Shown here in pieces: positions 11,156-20,507 of a DNA stretch of 55,789 nucleotides (positions are counted from its first letter, which is position 1; each line of letters opens with the position of its first letter). Position numbers and translations under genes: made by a program. The notes beneath the pieces were generated by a model, which made no database searches, was not told the origin of the DNA, and saw only the letters and a program-made list of their open reading frames with translations. Location: the NCBI GenBank assembly GCA_009920815.1, contig RFZH01000001.1:1-55789 (forward strand). The letters are read 5' to 3'. Origin of the DNA: Paracoccaceae bacterium. GTDB lineage: Bacteria > Pseudomonadota > Alphaproteobacteria > Rhodobacterales > Rhodobacteraceae.

Positions 11156-12265
11156 TTATTTTTTAAATGCCTCAATAACAGTCGTTACAAAGGGCCGAGG
11201 GGACGCATTAATTTTGATTTGCGAAAATCCAACTTGTTTCAAAATATCGCATATTTCACTGGGTGATCTGGTTTTCCCGGTGTTCATTGCCATGGTGTAG
11301 ATTGCAAAATAGGTGTCGCCAAATCTATTTGGGTTTCGGTCGCCCAACATTGGCTCTGACACGATAAGGCGACCGTTTTTTGGCAGTGCGGTGTAAACTT
11401 TGGTTAACAACTGTTTCACTGTTTCGTCGCTATGATCATACAAAACCCGAATGAGCGAAATGATGTCAAAGCCCTGCGGCAGGTCGTCATCAAAAAATGA
11501 CCCTGCAATGAATTGATGTTTTGTTGGCCGGGTGGACTGCGTGCCTGCTAGATCAAATACAGCTGTTTGCACTTTGGAAAATTTATGCACAACCTGATCC
11601 ATGAACGCGCCGCTGCCGCCGCCGACATCCAGCCATCGTGCGGCATTCGGCACGCTAATCGCACGCAATGTATCGCGCGCGACCATAAATTGGGATTTGG
11701 TCATAAGATCGGAATATCGTGCAAGATCGCTATCATTGACGGTGTCTGTCGCGCCAAAAACATAGGGCCAAAACTCTGCCAGTTTACGGGGTGATTTTCC
11801 GTTAAAAAAAGCTTTTGGATCAATAAGATCTTCGTATAAAATAGAATGATGATCAATCAATTCTGGGATGCCCGGCAACCCCAAGATCAACGCGCCACGG
11901 CGTGCCAAATATATTCGATCCCTGCGCAGTTTTATGAGGTGTAATGCAACCCCTGCCCGACACAATAATTCTGTTGTGTCTTTTTCAAATCCAAGCAATC
12001 GCGCTAATTCATCGACGGTCCGCGGCCGTTCATAAAGGTATTCCAGCGCGTTCGTTCGAACGAAAGTCAACAGGATTTGCGTATCAACAAACCCTGTCAT
12101 TAATTGAAAAATTGCTTCGCCCTCTTTGCGTGAAATCCGTGATAAAAAAGGCAGGCGGGACGCCAAATCTTGGACAGATAAATTGCGATAGAATGCGTTG
12201 ATTTTGGTCGCCCACCAATGCGAAAGGCTGCGCGACCTTGGGCGGTATGCGGAATGTTCGGCCAT
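11156..12265 (-). CDS. crtF: Demethylspheroidene O-methyltransferase
   Basis: 369 aa, an O-methyltransferase with the SAM motif LDVGGGSGAF, at the position crtE-crtF-bchC. Confidence 0.9.
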   Translation of the reverse strand: MAEHSAYRPRSRSLSHWWATKINAFYRNLSVQDLASRLPFLSRISRKEGEAIFQLMTGFVDTQILLTFVRTNALEYLYERPRTVDELARLLGFEKDTTELLCRAGVALHLIKLRRDRIYLARRGALILGLPGIPELIDHHSILYEDLIDPKAFFNGKSPRKLAEFWPYVFGATDTVNDSDLARYSDLMTKSQFMVARDTLRAISVPNAARWLDVGGGSGAFMDQVVHKFSKVQTAVFDLAGTQSTRPTKHQFIAGSFFDDDLPQGFDIISLIRVLYDHSDETVKQLLTKVYTALPKNGRLIVSEPMLGDRNPNRFGDTYFAIYTMAMNTGKTRSPSEICDILKQVGFSQIKINASPRPFVTTVIEAFKK

Positions 12266-12268
12266 CGC

Positions 12269-13138
12269 TTAGGCGTGTGGATGGGTTTGATGCGCGGCCA
12301 TCATGCGGGTGGATTGCATTTGAACCATCTTGGCCAGCTGCGCTTCGCCTGGGCAAGAGGGAATAGATGCAATTGCACCCCCCAAGACGTCGCGCAGCTG
12401 TTTCTTTGCGCCATCTACCCCGAATTCGGTTACGGCGCTTGGGCGATTATTTTTTAGATCTTGGCCCATTGGTTTTCCGGTAACGCTTGCATCGGACAGC
12501 ACATCTAATAAATCGTCTGCGATTTGAAATGCTTGGCCAATACGTGCGCCAAGTTCTTGCCAGGGTTCGGGATCGTGTCCAGCCGCGATAGCCCCCATTT
12601 GCGTCGCCGCAATAAATAGGGCGCCGGTTTTGGACAAATGGTATGCCCCTAGATCCACGACCGCTTCGTCCTCCCACGCTTGACCAGCACAAATACCGTT
12701 TGGAAAACCCGTGTAGCGTGCAAGGTGCGCAATTAATTCTGGCACACGTTCAGGTGATACCGCACCTTGCGTGGCCAGAGCTGCAAAGGCGTTGACGATC
12801 AGGCTATCGCCTGCAAGCACAGCGGTGGTTTCCCCAAAGGCGCGATGCACCGTTGGTTTTCCGCGACGCAGTGCCGAATTGTCGAAACATGGTAAATCAT
12901 CATGTACCAAGCTTGCGCAGTGAATAAATTCCAAGGCGCTTGCCGCGGCATCTGTAACGCTGGGCATATCATCCCCACATGCCAAAGCAACGGAGGTCAA
13001 GATAAGAGGCCGTATGCGTGCGCCGCCCGGAAAGACCGTATAGTCAATTGCGGCCCTGAGTTTGGTTGGCGCAGGCTGCGTGACCGCGCCACTGCAGATA
13101 TGTTTCTGGATGGCCTTTTCAATTCGATCATTTAACAT
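12269..13138 (-). CDS. crtE: Geranylgeranyl diphosphate synthase
   Basis: 289 aa, a polyprenyl synthase with two Asp-rich motifs (LVHDDLPCFDN and FQIADDLLD). Confidence 0.93.
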   Translation of the reverse strand: MLNDRIEKAIQKHICSGAVTQPAPTKLRAAIDYTVFPGGARIRPLILTSVALACGDDMPSVTDAAASALEFIHCASLVHDDLPCFDNSALRRGKPTVHRAFGETTAVLAGDSLIVNAFAALATQGAVSPERVPELIAHLARYTGFPNGICAGQAWEDEAVVDLGAYHLSKTGALFIAATQMGAIAAGHDPEPWQELGARIGQAFQIADDLLDVLSDASVTGKPMGQDLKNNRPSAVTEFGVDGAKKQLRDVLGGAIASIPSCPGEAQLAKMVQMQSTRMMAAHQTHPHA

Positions 13139-13175
13139 GCGACACCCCCAAGGTGACAGGTAAAGTTAACATATG

Positions 13176-13193
13176 TGTAAATAATACTGGACA
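13176..13193. promoter_or_regulatory. PpsR/CrtJ-type operator in the divergent crtE / crtD promoter region
   Basis: tgtaaataatactggaca is a perfect TGT-N12-ACA in the 84-bp divergent intergenic region. Confidence 0.65.
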
Positions 13194-13222
13194 TATTCCT
13201 GCATTGAGTCAACACTTCAATC

Positions 13223-14728
13223 ATGGTGGGACAAGAACAGGACAAAAAAGTGCGCCGTAAGATTATCGTCATCGGGGCCGGTATCGGTGGCTTGTCAAGC
13301 GCGCTCAAGCTCGCGCATGCAGGGCACGACGTCCATGTTATAGATGCTGCCTCTGGCCCTGGTGGCAAAATGAGAACACACCCTGGATCAACGGGGCCGA
13401 TTGATATTGGCCCAACAGTTTTGACGTTGTTGCCGGTTTTTGAACGATTGTTTCGGTCTGTGGGTGAAGATATCAATGATCATGTTAAATTGGCACGCGA
13501 ACCGATACTGGCGCGTCATTGGTGGCCAGACGGTACCATGTTGGATTTGCATGAAAATTTTGAAGCGTCACATGCTGAAATTCAAAATGTCTTTGGCGTT
13601 GCGATTGGCAAGGAATTTGAAAAATTTTACCATGACACCCGCGCGCTTTTTGAATGTTTCGATCTGCCTGTTATGCAAAACGCACGGCCCAATTTGCGAC
13701 AGATGATGTCAGCTGTTTTTAAGAAGCCCCAGCTTATTCCCAAAATGCGTCCGTTTTCAACGCTTGAATCCAGCCTTAGTTCGTACTTCAAAGACCCACG
13801 TTTGCAACAACTTTTTGGCCGCTACGCAAGCTATATCGGTGGTGCGCCGCAAACGACGCCCGCGCTCTTATCCTTGATCTGGCAAGCCGAAGCAAAAGGT
13901 GTTTGGACAATCAAAGGCGGCATGAACCAGCTTGCACGCGCTATTGAAAAGTTGTGCATCGCACGCGGGGCAGAGTTTACATACAACAAAGCGGTTGTCG
14001 AATTGCGGCGATCCCGCGATGAAATTGACACTGTTGTTTTGGAAAACGGATCTTTGATATACGCCGACGCCGTTATATTCAATGGTGATCCGCGGGCAAT
14101 GCCAATGGGGAAATTGGGCAACGATGTCCGCCATATTGCCCAAAACACCAATTCTGAAAAACGCAGTCTTTCTGCATATGTTTGGGGATTTGATGCGCGT
14201 ATTGATGCTGCGAATTTAGCGCATCACAATGTATTTTTTGCCGATAGGCCCAATTCAGAATTCGATGCAATTCAAAAGGGCGAAATGCCGACAGATCCAA
14301 CCATTTATATCTGTGCGCAGGATCGCGGTATCAATAAACCGACCCCAGATGTTGATCGATTGGAAATTATACTTAACGCGCCACCTCTTTCGAAAAGGGC
14401 CCCAAAGCCAGAGGATTTTGACAGATGCAAAGCAATCACCTTCGACCGCCTGCAGCGTTTCGGCCTGACCTTTCAAAGGGAGCTATGCCGCGAACATCTG
14501 ACGATGCCAGAGGACTTTGCCCGCCTGTTTCCCGCGTCGGACGGGTCACTTTACGGGCAGAGCCCAGAGGGGATGATGGCGACGCTAAAGCGGCCGCAAT
14601 GCGTGACCCAGATCAAGAATCTATTCTTGGTGGGCGGGGGAATTCATCCTGGGGCTGGGGTCCCGATGGCGGCGCTTTGCGGCCAGCTCGCGGTCGAGGA
14701 GATGACCAGGCGCCAAATTTTAACATAG
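13223..14728 (+). CDS. crtD: Hydroxyneurosporene/methoxyneurosporene desaturase
   Basis: 501 aa, a CrtI-family flavoprotein with N-terminal FAD fold VIGAGIGGLSSALKLA. It lies between crtE and crtC. Confidence 0.9.
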   Translation: MVGQEQDKKVRRKIIVIGAGIGGLSSALKLAHAGHDVHVIDAASGPGGKMRTHPGSTGPIDIGPTVLTLLPVFERLFRSVGEDINDHVKLAREPILARHWWPDGTMLDLHENFEASHAEIQNVFGVAIGKEFEKFYHDTRALFECFDLPVMQNARPNLRQMMSAVFKKPQLIPKMRPFSTLESSLSSYFKDPRLQQLFGRYASYIGGAPQTTPALLSLIWQAEAKGVWTIKGGMNQLARAIEKLCIARGAEFTYNKAVVELRRSRDEIDTVVLENGSLIYADAVIFNGDPRAMPMGKLGNDVRHIAQNTNSEKRSLSAYVWGFDARIDAANLAHHNVFFADRPNSEFDAIQKGEMPTDPTIYICAQDRGINKPTPDVDRLEIILNAPPLSKRAPKPEDFDRCKAITFDRLQRFGLTFQRELCREHLTMPEDFARLFPASDGSLYGQSPEGMMATLKRPQCVTQIKNLFLVGGGIHPGAGVPMAALCGQLAVEEMTRRQILT

Positions 14729-15666
14729 ATGTCCCGCCGAATGGCTATGCTTGGTGGTATATCGATGGATTTGATCCTCAGACGGGGCGGGCAATTTCAA
14801 TAATTGCTTTCATAGGTTCTGTTTTTTCGCCCTGGTATAAATGGTCCGGTCGTAAAGAACCGCAAAATAATGTCTGTTTAAACGTTGCGACATATGGCCC
14901 AGGGGGTCGTTTTACAATGACAGATCGGGGCCGTGCGGCCCTGGGTCAAACACAGCATAGTCTGACAATCGGCCCTTCGTCGGTTACGTGGGATGACACC
15001 GAGAAATGTCTAAGGATCAAAATTGACGAAATTAGCAGCTTACCATTGATTTCGCGGATCAGGGGTACAGTAACACTGCGACCCAAAGGGATAACGCAGG
15101 TTGAATTGCCGTTGACGGCCCAAGGAACCCACATCTGGCGACCTTTTGCCCCGTCGGCCGATATAGATGTTGATCTTGATATGCCGGGTTGGACATGGTC
15201 AGGGCATGGTTATTTTGATGCAAACTTTGGGACGCGCGCGCTAGAGCAAGATTTCAATTATTGGACTTGGGCGCGTTTTCCCGTTCAGGGGGGGGCCAAG
15301 TGCTTTTATGATCTTGAACTTCGCGATGGCACCCATGAACAGCACGCTTTGCATTTCGATACCCAAGGCATTGGACAGCAAATAAAGGCACCGCCGCCAC
15401 CTACCAAATTTTCACGTAGTTTGTGGGCGGTCGCGCGGAATACCCGATGTGATCAAGGCAAGCGACCCAAACAAGTCAAAAGCCTGCTGGATGCACCGTT
15501 TTATAGCCGTGCAATGGTGGAAACCACGCTGTTGGGTGAAACAACCACGGGTGTTTTTGAAGCGCTAGATCTGCATCGTTTTCGCAATCCTGCAATCTTG
15601 GCGATGTTAGCGGTGCGCGTCCCGCGCCGTGCATCTTGGCCTGGTTCTGTCACGCCTGAGGATTAA
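14677..15666 (+). CDS. crtC: Acyclic carotenoid 1,2-hydratase (hydroxyneurosporene synthase); start codon unresolved
   Basis: The conserved CrtC core VPPNGYAWWYIDG...IIAFIGSVFSPWYKW begins at about 14731. There is no in-frame ATG/GTG/TTG between 14680 and that core. The candidate starts are TTG 14677 (52-nt overlap with crtD, used here) and ATG 14599 (130-nt overlap). Confidence 0.8.
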   Translation: MRPARGRGDDQAPNFNIDVPPNGYAWWYIDGFDPQTGRAISIIAFIGSVFSPWYKWSGRKEPQNNVCLNVATYGPGGRFTMTDRGRAALGQTQHSLTIGPSSVTWDDTEKCLRIKIDEISSLPLISRIRGTVTLRPKGITQVELPLTAQGTHIWRPFAPSADIDVDLDMPGWTWSGHGYFDANFGTRALEQDFNYWTWARFPVQGGAKCFYDLELRDGTHEQHALHFDTQGIGQQIKAPPPPTKFSRSLWAVARNTRCDQGKRPKQVKSLLDAPFYSRAMVETTLLGETTTGVFEALDLHRFRNPAILAMLAVRVPRRASWPGSVTPED

Positions 15667-16102
15667 GGCGATAGACAGATAGGTTTAAAAGCGCCGCGAT
15701 GGTGACCCATAATAAATAGGGTGCAAATGCTGCGCCGATCATCCAATCAAGCGATCCAAACACAACGACGCACAATGCCACCGCGCCCCAAAGGGCAGTG
15801 ATGACATACAAGCCAAGTTTAATCTTTTGCAGGCCAAAAAATACGGGCGTCCACAAAGCGTTAAGGACGATTTGCAATGACCAGAGGGCCAAGGCAGTTC
15901 CGGCATCATGACGTGCCGCGAGCTTTGCGCCAGCGAAGGACATCAATAGGTAGAGTGTTATCCAAGTAATCGGAAATACCCAATTGGGCGGTGTCCAACG
16001 CGGTTTTCGCAAGTTTGCATACCACGCACCGGGCGGGAATAGGCCGCCGGTTGAACCCGCCACAAAACACGCTGCCAAAAATATACCAAAGTCAAACCAC
16101 AT
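15650..16102 (-). CDS. tspO: Tryptophan-rich sensory protein TspO (CrtK)
   Basis: A five-TM Trp-rich protein (WYANLRKPRWTPPNWVFPITWITLY) at the position after crtB. ATG 16102 is preferred over TTG 16135. The 3' end overlaps the convergent crtC by 17 nt. Confidence 0.9.
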   Translation of the reverse strand: MWFDFGIFLAACFVAGSTGGLFPPGAWYANLRKPRWTPPNWVFPITWITLYLLMSFAGAKLAARHDAGTALALWSLQIVLNALWTPVFFGLQKIKLGLYVITALWGAVALCVVVFGSLDWMIGAAFAPYLLWVTIAALLNLSVYRLNPQA

Positions 16103-16131
16103 TATGTCTGTTCCTACATCGGTGTAGTGTA

Positions 16132-17148
16132 TCAAGCACCGATGTTTTTTTGATCATGTTGATGGAGCTGTTCCATAATCGAAATAAATCTATCACTCCA
16201 GCCTACGGTCTGATCTTTTTCAATTGCTGCCGCGCGGATCAGAAATTCTGTTTGCGGTAAGGGGTCGGCATATATTGTCGCGGGCGTGGGCAACATCATG
16301 CTTGCCACTGCTTTCGTTGCGGAAATGCCCAGTAATCTGATTTTCGTGGCTTTGGTCGTGCGCGCACGGACTGTGACGTTGTCATAATTATTGTCACGTA
16401 AACTATCCCCAATCGCCGCATAAATGTGTCGGGCGGCAAACATTGCAGGGCGCACCTGAATAGGTAAACAGGCAATGCCCGCTTCGGCGCGGTGATATAG
16501 GCGATCTGCATTTGCTAACAATCGGCGCGTAATGCGTTGTAATTCGGGCCGCGTCTGGCGCATAGTCATCACATCGTCGCGCGTAAGGCCTTCGGTCGCA
16601 AGCCAATCATGCGGTATGTACAGCCGACCTTCGCCGGCATCCTCGCCGATGTCGCGGGCAATATTTGTCAATTGCATCGCCACACCCAGATCACAAGCAC
16701 GGGCCAAAACATCGCTATCACGGGCCCGCATTATGACACACATCATTGCGCCAACCGCCGCCGCGACACGTGCGGCATAAGCAACAAGATCGTCGTATGT
16801 ATCATATTCCTTTGCCATGGCATCCCAAACGAGCCCCTCGATCAAGGCTTCGGGCAATGCACGCGGCATGTCGAATTCTTCGACCATGCGGGCAAAAGCC
16901 CGGTCCATCGGCCGGTTTCTAGGCCGCCCCGCATAGACATCGTCTAGTCGTGCAACCAAATCTCGAACAGATGCAGATTTGTCTGATTTCAGATCGACTT
17001 CGTCGTCGGCCAATCGGCAAAACGCATAGAGCGCCAAACAGGGTTCGCGCACCGCCTGCGGCAACAGTAATGATGCGGCATGAAAGGATAACGATCCGTG
17101 GCGGATCGCGTCTTTGCAATAGTCCATATCTGCTTGTGCTGTGGACAT
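16132..17148 (-). CDS. crtB: Phytoene synthase
   Basis: 338 aa, squalene/phytoene synthase family with Asp-rich motifs (RLADDEVD and ARDIGED). Its start shares one nt with the crtI stop. Confidence 0.94.
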   Translation of the reverse strand: MSTAQADMDYCKDAIRHGSLSFHAASLLLPQAVREPCLALYAFCRLADDEVDLKSDKSASVRDLVARLDDVYAGRPRNRPMDRAFARMVEEFDMPRALPEALIEGLVWDAMAKEYDTYDDLVAYAARVAAAVGAMMCVIMRARDSDVLARACDLGVAMQLTNIARDIGEDAGEGRLYIPHDWLATEGLTRDDVMTMRQTRPELQRITRRLLANADRLYHRAEAGIACLPIQVRPAMFAARHIYAAIGDSLRDNNYDNVTVRARTTKATKIRLLGISATKAVASMMLPTPATIYADPLPQTEFLIRAAAIEKDQTVGWSDRFISIMEQLHQHDQKNIGA

Positions 17149-18695
17149 TAAGACGCCCCTATTTTTGCAACCGCTGGCACGAGATGGGATAACACCTCTG
17201 ACGAGGTAACAACACTTGGGATCCCTGCCCCTGGATGTGTACCTGCCCCAACAAGATAAAGATTGTCGAAATCTTCGCTGATATTATGTGGCCGAAACCA
17301 CGCAGATTGAAAAATACGAGGTTCTATCGAAAATCCCGCGCCGTGTGGGCTAAGATATCTGTTTTGAAAGTCTTTTGGCGTCAACACATGCTGTGCCACA
17401 ATCTTGTCAGAGAACCCAGGGATGGTTTGTTCCAAGACGTCGCGCATTTTATCCAGATAGATTGGTGTTTCTTTAGCCCAATCGACAGGTGTGTTTGTTT
17501 TCAGGTTTGGCACCGGTGATAGCGCATAAAAACAATCATCCCCCTGCGGCGCAACAGAAGGATCATTTACCGAGGGTCGATGAATATATAACGACATGTC
17601 ATCCGCCAACGATACTTTATCGAATATATCCTTCAACAATCCGCGATATCGTGGCCCATTAATAATGGTGTGGTGTCCAACATCAGACCACATATCGCGT
17701 GTTCCGCGCGTTCCAAAGTACCAGACAAACAACCCCATGGACCAACGCGATTGCTTAAGCCGCGCGCTATTCCAACGTTTTGTTTTTGCTTTTCGCAATA
17801 GCGTGTCATAGGTCCATCCTGGATCGGCATTTGATACGACAAGATCGGCATCAATGTGGCGATTGCCAGCAAGTTTGACACCCGTCACACGACGGTCCTT
17901 GAACGTTATTTCGTCTACGGTTGTCCCTAATGAAATGTTGCCACCTTGCCGTTCGATAAACCGGCCCATTGCATCGGCAAGCTCTTGCACGCCGCCTTGG
18001 ACGTAGTGAACGCCAAAAGCTTTTTCCAAGTGACTGACCAGAATATACATGGATGTCACATGGCGTGGGTCACCGCCAATGAAGAGGGGGTGGAACGATA
18101 AAGCCATGCGAAACCTTGGGTCTTTTACGCGCGATGCCGCATGAGCATAGACAGATCGGTCCGCCCGCAAACGCACAAAGCCCGGCAGTTCTTTGATCAG
18201 ATCCCAAAGACGATGCATCGGCTTGCGGCCCAACCCTTCAAAGCCGAAAAGATAGCGTTTTTCGCAATCTTTCAAGAACTTGTTATAGCCTGCAAGGTCG
18301 TTTGGAAACAGGCGTTTGACCTCGGCTAACATGTCTTGTTCGGTGTTGCGGATCTGAAAATGGGATCCATCGGGCCATCTGATTTCATAATACGGATCAA
18401 CAGGCGTCAGGGTAACATCGTCATGAAATGATCCCCCACAATCGGCCCAAAGTTGTTCGAATACCTTTGGTACGGTCAGGATCGTTGGCCCAAGGTCGAA
18501 CCGAAAGCCATTTTTAGAAATGGATGACCCACGGCCGCCCAGTCGATCAAGGCGATCAAGAACTTGAACATGATATCCTTTCGCGCCCAATCGCATTGCC
18601 GCAGACAAACCGCCCAAACCGGCCCCAATGACAATCGCCTTTGGTCGGTATGGGGGATCCGTCGGGACCCTGAGAGAGCGTTCAGGAAGTGTCAT
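17148..18695 (-). CDS. crtI: Phytoene desaturase
   Basis: FAD fold VIGAGLGGLSAAMRLGAKGY and a length of about 515 aa. The start is taken at ATG 18695 (MTLPE...). ATG 18713 is the alternative. Confidence 0.93.
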   Translation of the reverse strand: MTLPERSLRVPTDPPYRPKAIVIGAGLGGLSAAMRLGAKGYHVQVLDRLDRLGGRGSSISKNGFRFDLGPTILTVPKVFEQLWADCGGSFHDDVTLTPVDPYYEIRWPDGSHFQIRNTEQDMLAEVKRLFPNDLAGYNKFLKDCEKRYLFGFEGLGRKPMHRLWDLIKELPGFVRLRADRSVYAHAASRVKDPRFRMALSFHPLFIGGDPRHVTSMYILVSHLEKAFGVHYVQGGVQELADAMGRFIERQGGNISLGTTVDEITFKDRRVTGVKLAGNRHIDADLVVSNADPGWTYDTLLRKAKTKRWNSARLKQSRWSMGLFVWYFGTRGTRDMWSDVGHHTIINGPRYRGLLKDIFDKVSLADDMSLYIHRPSVNDPSVAPQGDDCFYALSPVPNLKTNTPVDWAKETPIYLDKMRDVLEQTIPGFSDKIVAQHVLTPKDFQNRYLSPHGAGFSIEPRIFQSAWFRPHNISEDFDNLYLVGAGTHPGAGIPSVVTSSEVLSHLVPAVAKIGAS

Positions 18696-18732
18696 GATAT
18701 TATTACAGTACATCTGTCTATTTTATTTTACA
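18690..18732. promoter_or_regulatory. Two PpsR/CrtJ-type operators 7 bp apart in the divergent crtI / crtA region
   Basis: tgtcatgatattattaca (18690-18707) and tgtctattttattttaca (18715-18732) are both perfect TGT-N12-ACA sites. The first overlaps the candidate crtI start codons. Confidence 0.75.
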
Positions 18733-18761
18733 ATAGAACTGTTTTATGGTTGACTAAAAAC

Positions 18762-19508
18762 ATGCCAAGCATCCTTTCAAACAAGCGGAGGCATATTATT
18801 CAGATCGTCACTCTCAGCCTGTATCGTTTTGATACGCCGCGGCACAAAGCATGGGCTTTTGTGATGATGGGGCTTGCGCGACTCTCGTTGCGCCGAATAC
18901 CGCATTTGAATTTCTGGAAACTTCTTGGCTCGGGCACGGGTCAAGGGTTTACGCCGGTCCCTAACTGGGGTGTTTATGCAATTCTTTGTGTTTGGGACAG
19001 TGCAGAACATGGCCGTCTTGCCATGGACAATAATAGCATATTTTCACGGTATCGCGCGCGCGCCGCGCACACTGCTACGCTGTTTCTTGAAACAGTGTCT
19101 AGCCGTGGACAATGGTCTGGGAAAAGTCCGTTTTCCGCGGAAAGTCGCAGCGATCAGGGACCAGTTGCAGTTTTAACGCGGGCCACAGTCCGTTGGCAAA
19201 AAATTCGAAAGTTTTGGCAGCAGGCCCCGGCAATCAGCGTACGGATTGGTCAAAATACAGATGTTCTGTTCAAAATCGGCCTTGGTGAAGTGCCATTGCG
19301 TCAACAGCTTACTTTTTCAATTTGGCCCAACCTAAAAGAAATGACTGCTTTTGCACATGCAAACGGACCGCACAAATCGGCAATAGACCAAGTTCGCCGT
19401 GGGAATTGGTTCAAAGAGGACCTGTATGCCAGGTTCAACATAACAGCGATTGATGGGCATTGGCCCGCTTTCGACAAAGAGATTATTCAGGAACGATCAA
19501 ATGACTAA
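18762..19508 (+). CDS. crtA: Spheroidene monooxygenase
   Basis: The track ORF 18564-19508 is over-extended into crtI. The internal ATG at 18762 gives 248 aa starting MPSILSNKRRHIIQIVTLSLYRFDT... It lies ahead of bchI with an 8-nt overlap. Confidence 0.85.
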   Translation: MPSILSNKRRHIIQIVTLSLYRFDTPRHKAWAFVMMGLARLSLRRIPHLNFWKLLGSGTGQGFTPVPNWGVYAILCVWDSAEHGRLAMDNNSIFSRYRARAAHTATLFLETVSSRGQWSGKSPFSAESRSDQGPVAVLTRATVRWQKIRKFWQQAPAISVRIGQNTDVLFKIGLGEVPLRQQLTFSIWPNLKEMTAFAHANGPHKSAIDQVRRGNWFKEDLYARFNITAIDGHWPAFDKEIIQERSND

Positions 19509-20505
19509 AGCCTTTCCTTTTTCCGCAATCGTTGGCCAAGATACGATGAAACTTGCGTTGATCCTGACCGCGATTGATCCAAAAATCGGCGGTGTTTTAG
19601 TGTTTGGCGATCGCGGCACGGGGAAATCAACAGCGGTCCGTGCTTTGGCGGATCTTTTGCCCCCCATCAGTGCGATTATTGGATGTCCTGTGAATTCGCC
19701 TGATATCAAGTCTGTTCCTGCTTGGGTCGAAACCGCCAAGGGTCGCAAACATACAATCCCTACCCCTGTGGTGGATTTACCTTTAGGGATAAGTGCAGAT
19801 CGCGTGACCGGTGCATTGGATATCGAACGCGCGTTGGTGGATGGCGTCAAGACCTTTCAACCTGGGCTGTTGGCACGGGCCAATCGTGGGTATCTTTATA
19901 TTGATGAAGTCAACCTGCTAGAAGATCACATCGTTGATCTGTTGCTAGATGTCGCGCAATCCGGTGAAAATGTTGTCGAACGCGAAGGCCTATCTATTCG
20001 CCATCCGTCGCGGTTTATCCTGATCGGGTCCGGTAACCCAGAAGAAGGTGAATTAAGACCACAACTATTGGACCGTTTTGGTTTATCCGTCGAAGTACGC
20101 ACCCCTCAGACCATTCTAGATCGTATTGATGTGATTAAAAGACGTGATGCGTTCGACCGCGATCCGGATGGGTTTTTTGGTCAATGGGACGCAGAAAATA
20201 CCAGGATATGTGCTGATGTTCTTGCTGCGCGTAAACGGATGGACAGCATAAAAACATCGGATGCCATATTAGAAATTTGCGCTGAAATATGTGTTGCCTT
20301 GGGCAGTGACGGTTTGCGCGGTGAATTGACCTTGCTGAAAACTGCCCGCGCGCTGGCGGCCTATGATGGTGATGCTGCGGTCACGATCCAGCATGTTAAG
20401 CGCATTGCACCGATGGCGCTTAGCCACAGATTACGTAGGGATCCTTTAGATGATGCTGGATCTGTCGTGCGCGTAGAACGCACATTAGACGCGGTCATGG
20501 GCTAA
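19501..20505 (+). CDS. bchI: Magnesium chelatase ATPase subunit I
   Basis: The start at ATG 19501 (MTKAFPFSAIVGQDTMK...) gives 334 aa. It is an AAA+ protein with Walker A GDRGTGKST. Confidence 0.95.
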   Translation: MTKAFPFSAIVGQDTMKLALILTAIDPKIGGVLVFGDRGTGKSTAVRALADLLPPISAIIGCPVNSPDIKSVPAWVETAKGRKHTIPTPVVDLPLGISADRVTGALDIERALVDGVKTFQPGLLARANRGYLYIDEVNLLEDHIVDLLLDVAQSGENVVEREGLSIRHPSRFILIGSGNPEEGELRPQLLDRFGLSVEVRTPQTILDRIDVIKRRDAFDRDPDGFFGQWDAENTRICADVLAARKRMDSIKTSDAILEICAEICVALGSDGLRGELTLLKTARALAAYDGDAAVTIQHVKRIAPMALSHRLRRDPLDDAGSVVRVERTLDAVMG

Positions 20506-20507
20506 AT

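Noticed and set aside
13154-13171. Second PpsR-like site in the crtE/crtD spacer (tgacaggtaaagttaaca)
   Set aside because: It reads TGA-N12-ACA, so one half-site is imperfect, and it is only 4 bp from the perfect site. It is too weak to call without binding data.
14729-14803. ATG immediately after the crtD stop as the crtC start
   Set aside because: It is in the crtD frame, not the crtC frame, and terminates after 24 sense codons (MSRRMAMLGGISMDLILRRGGQFQ*).
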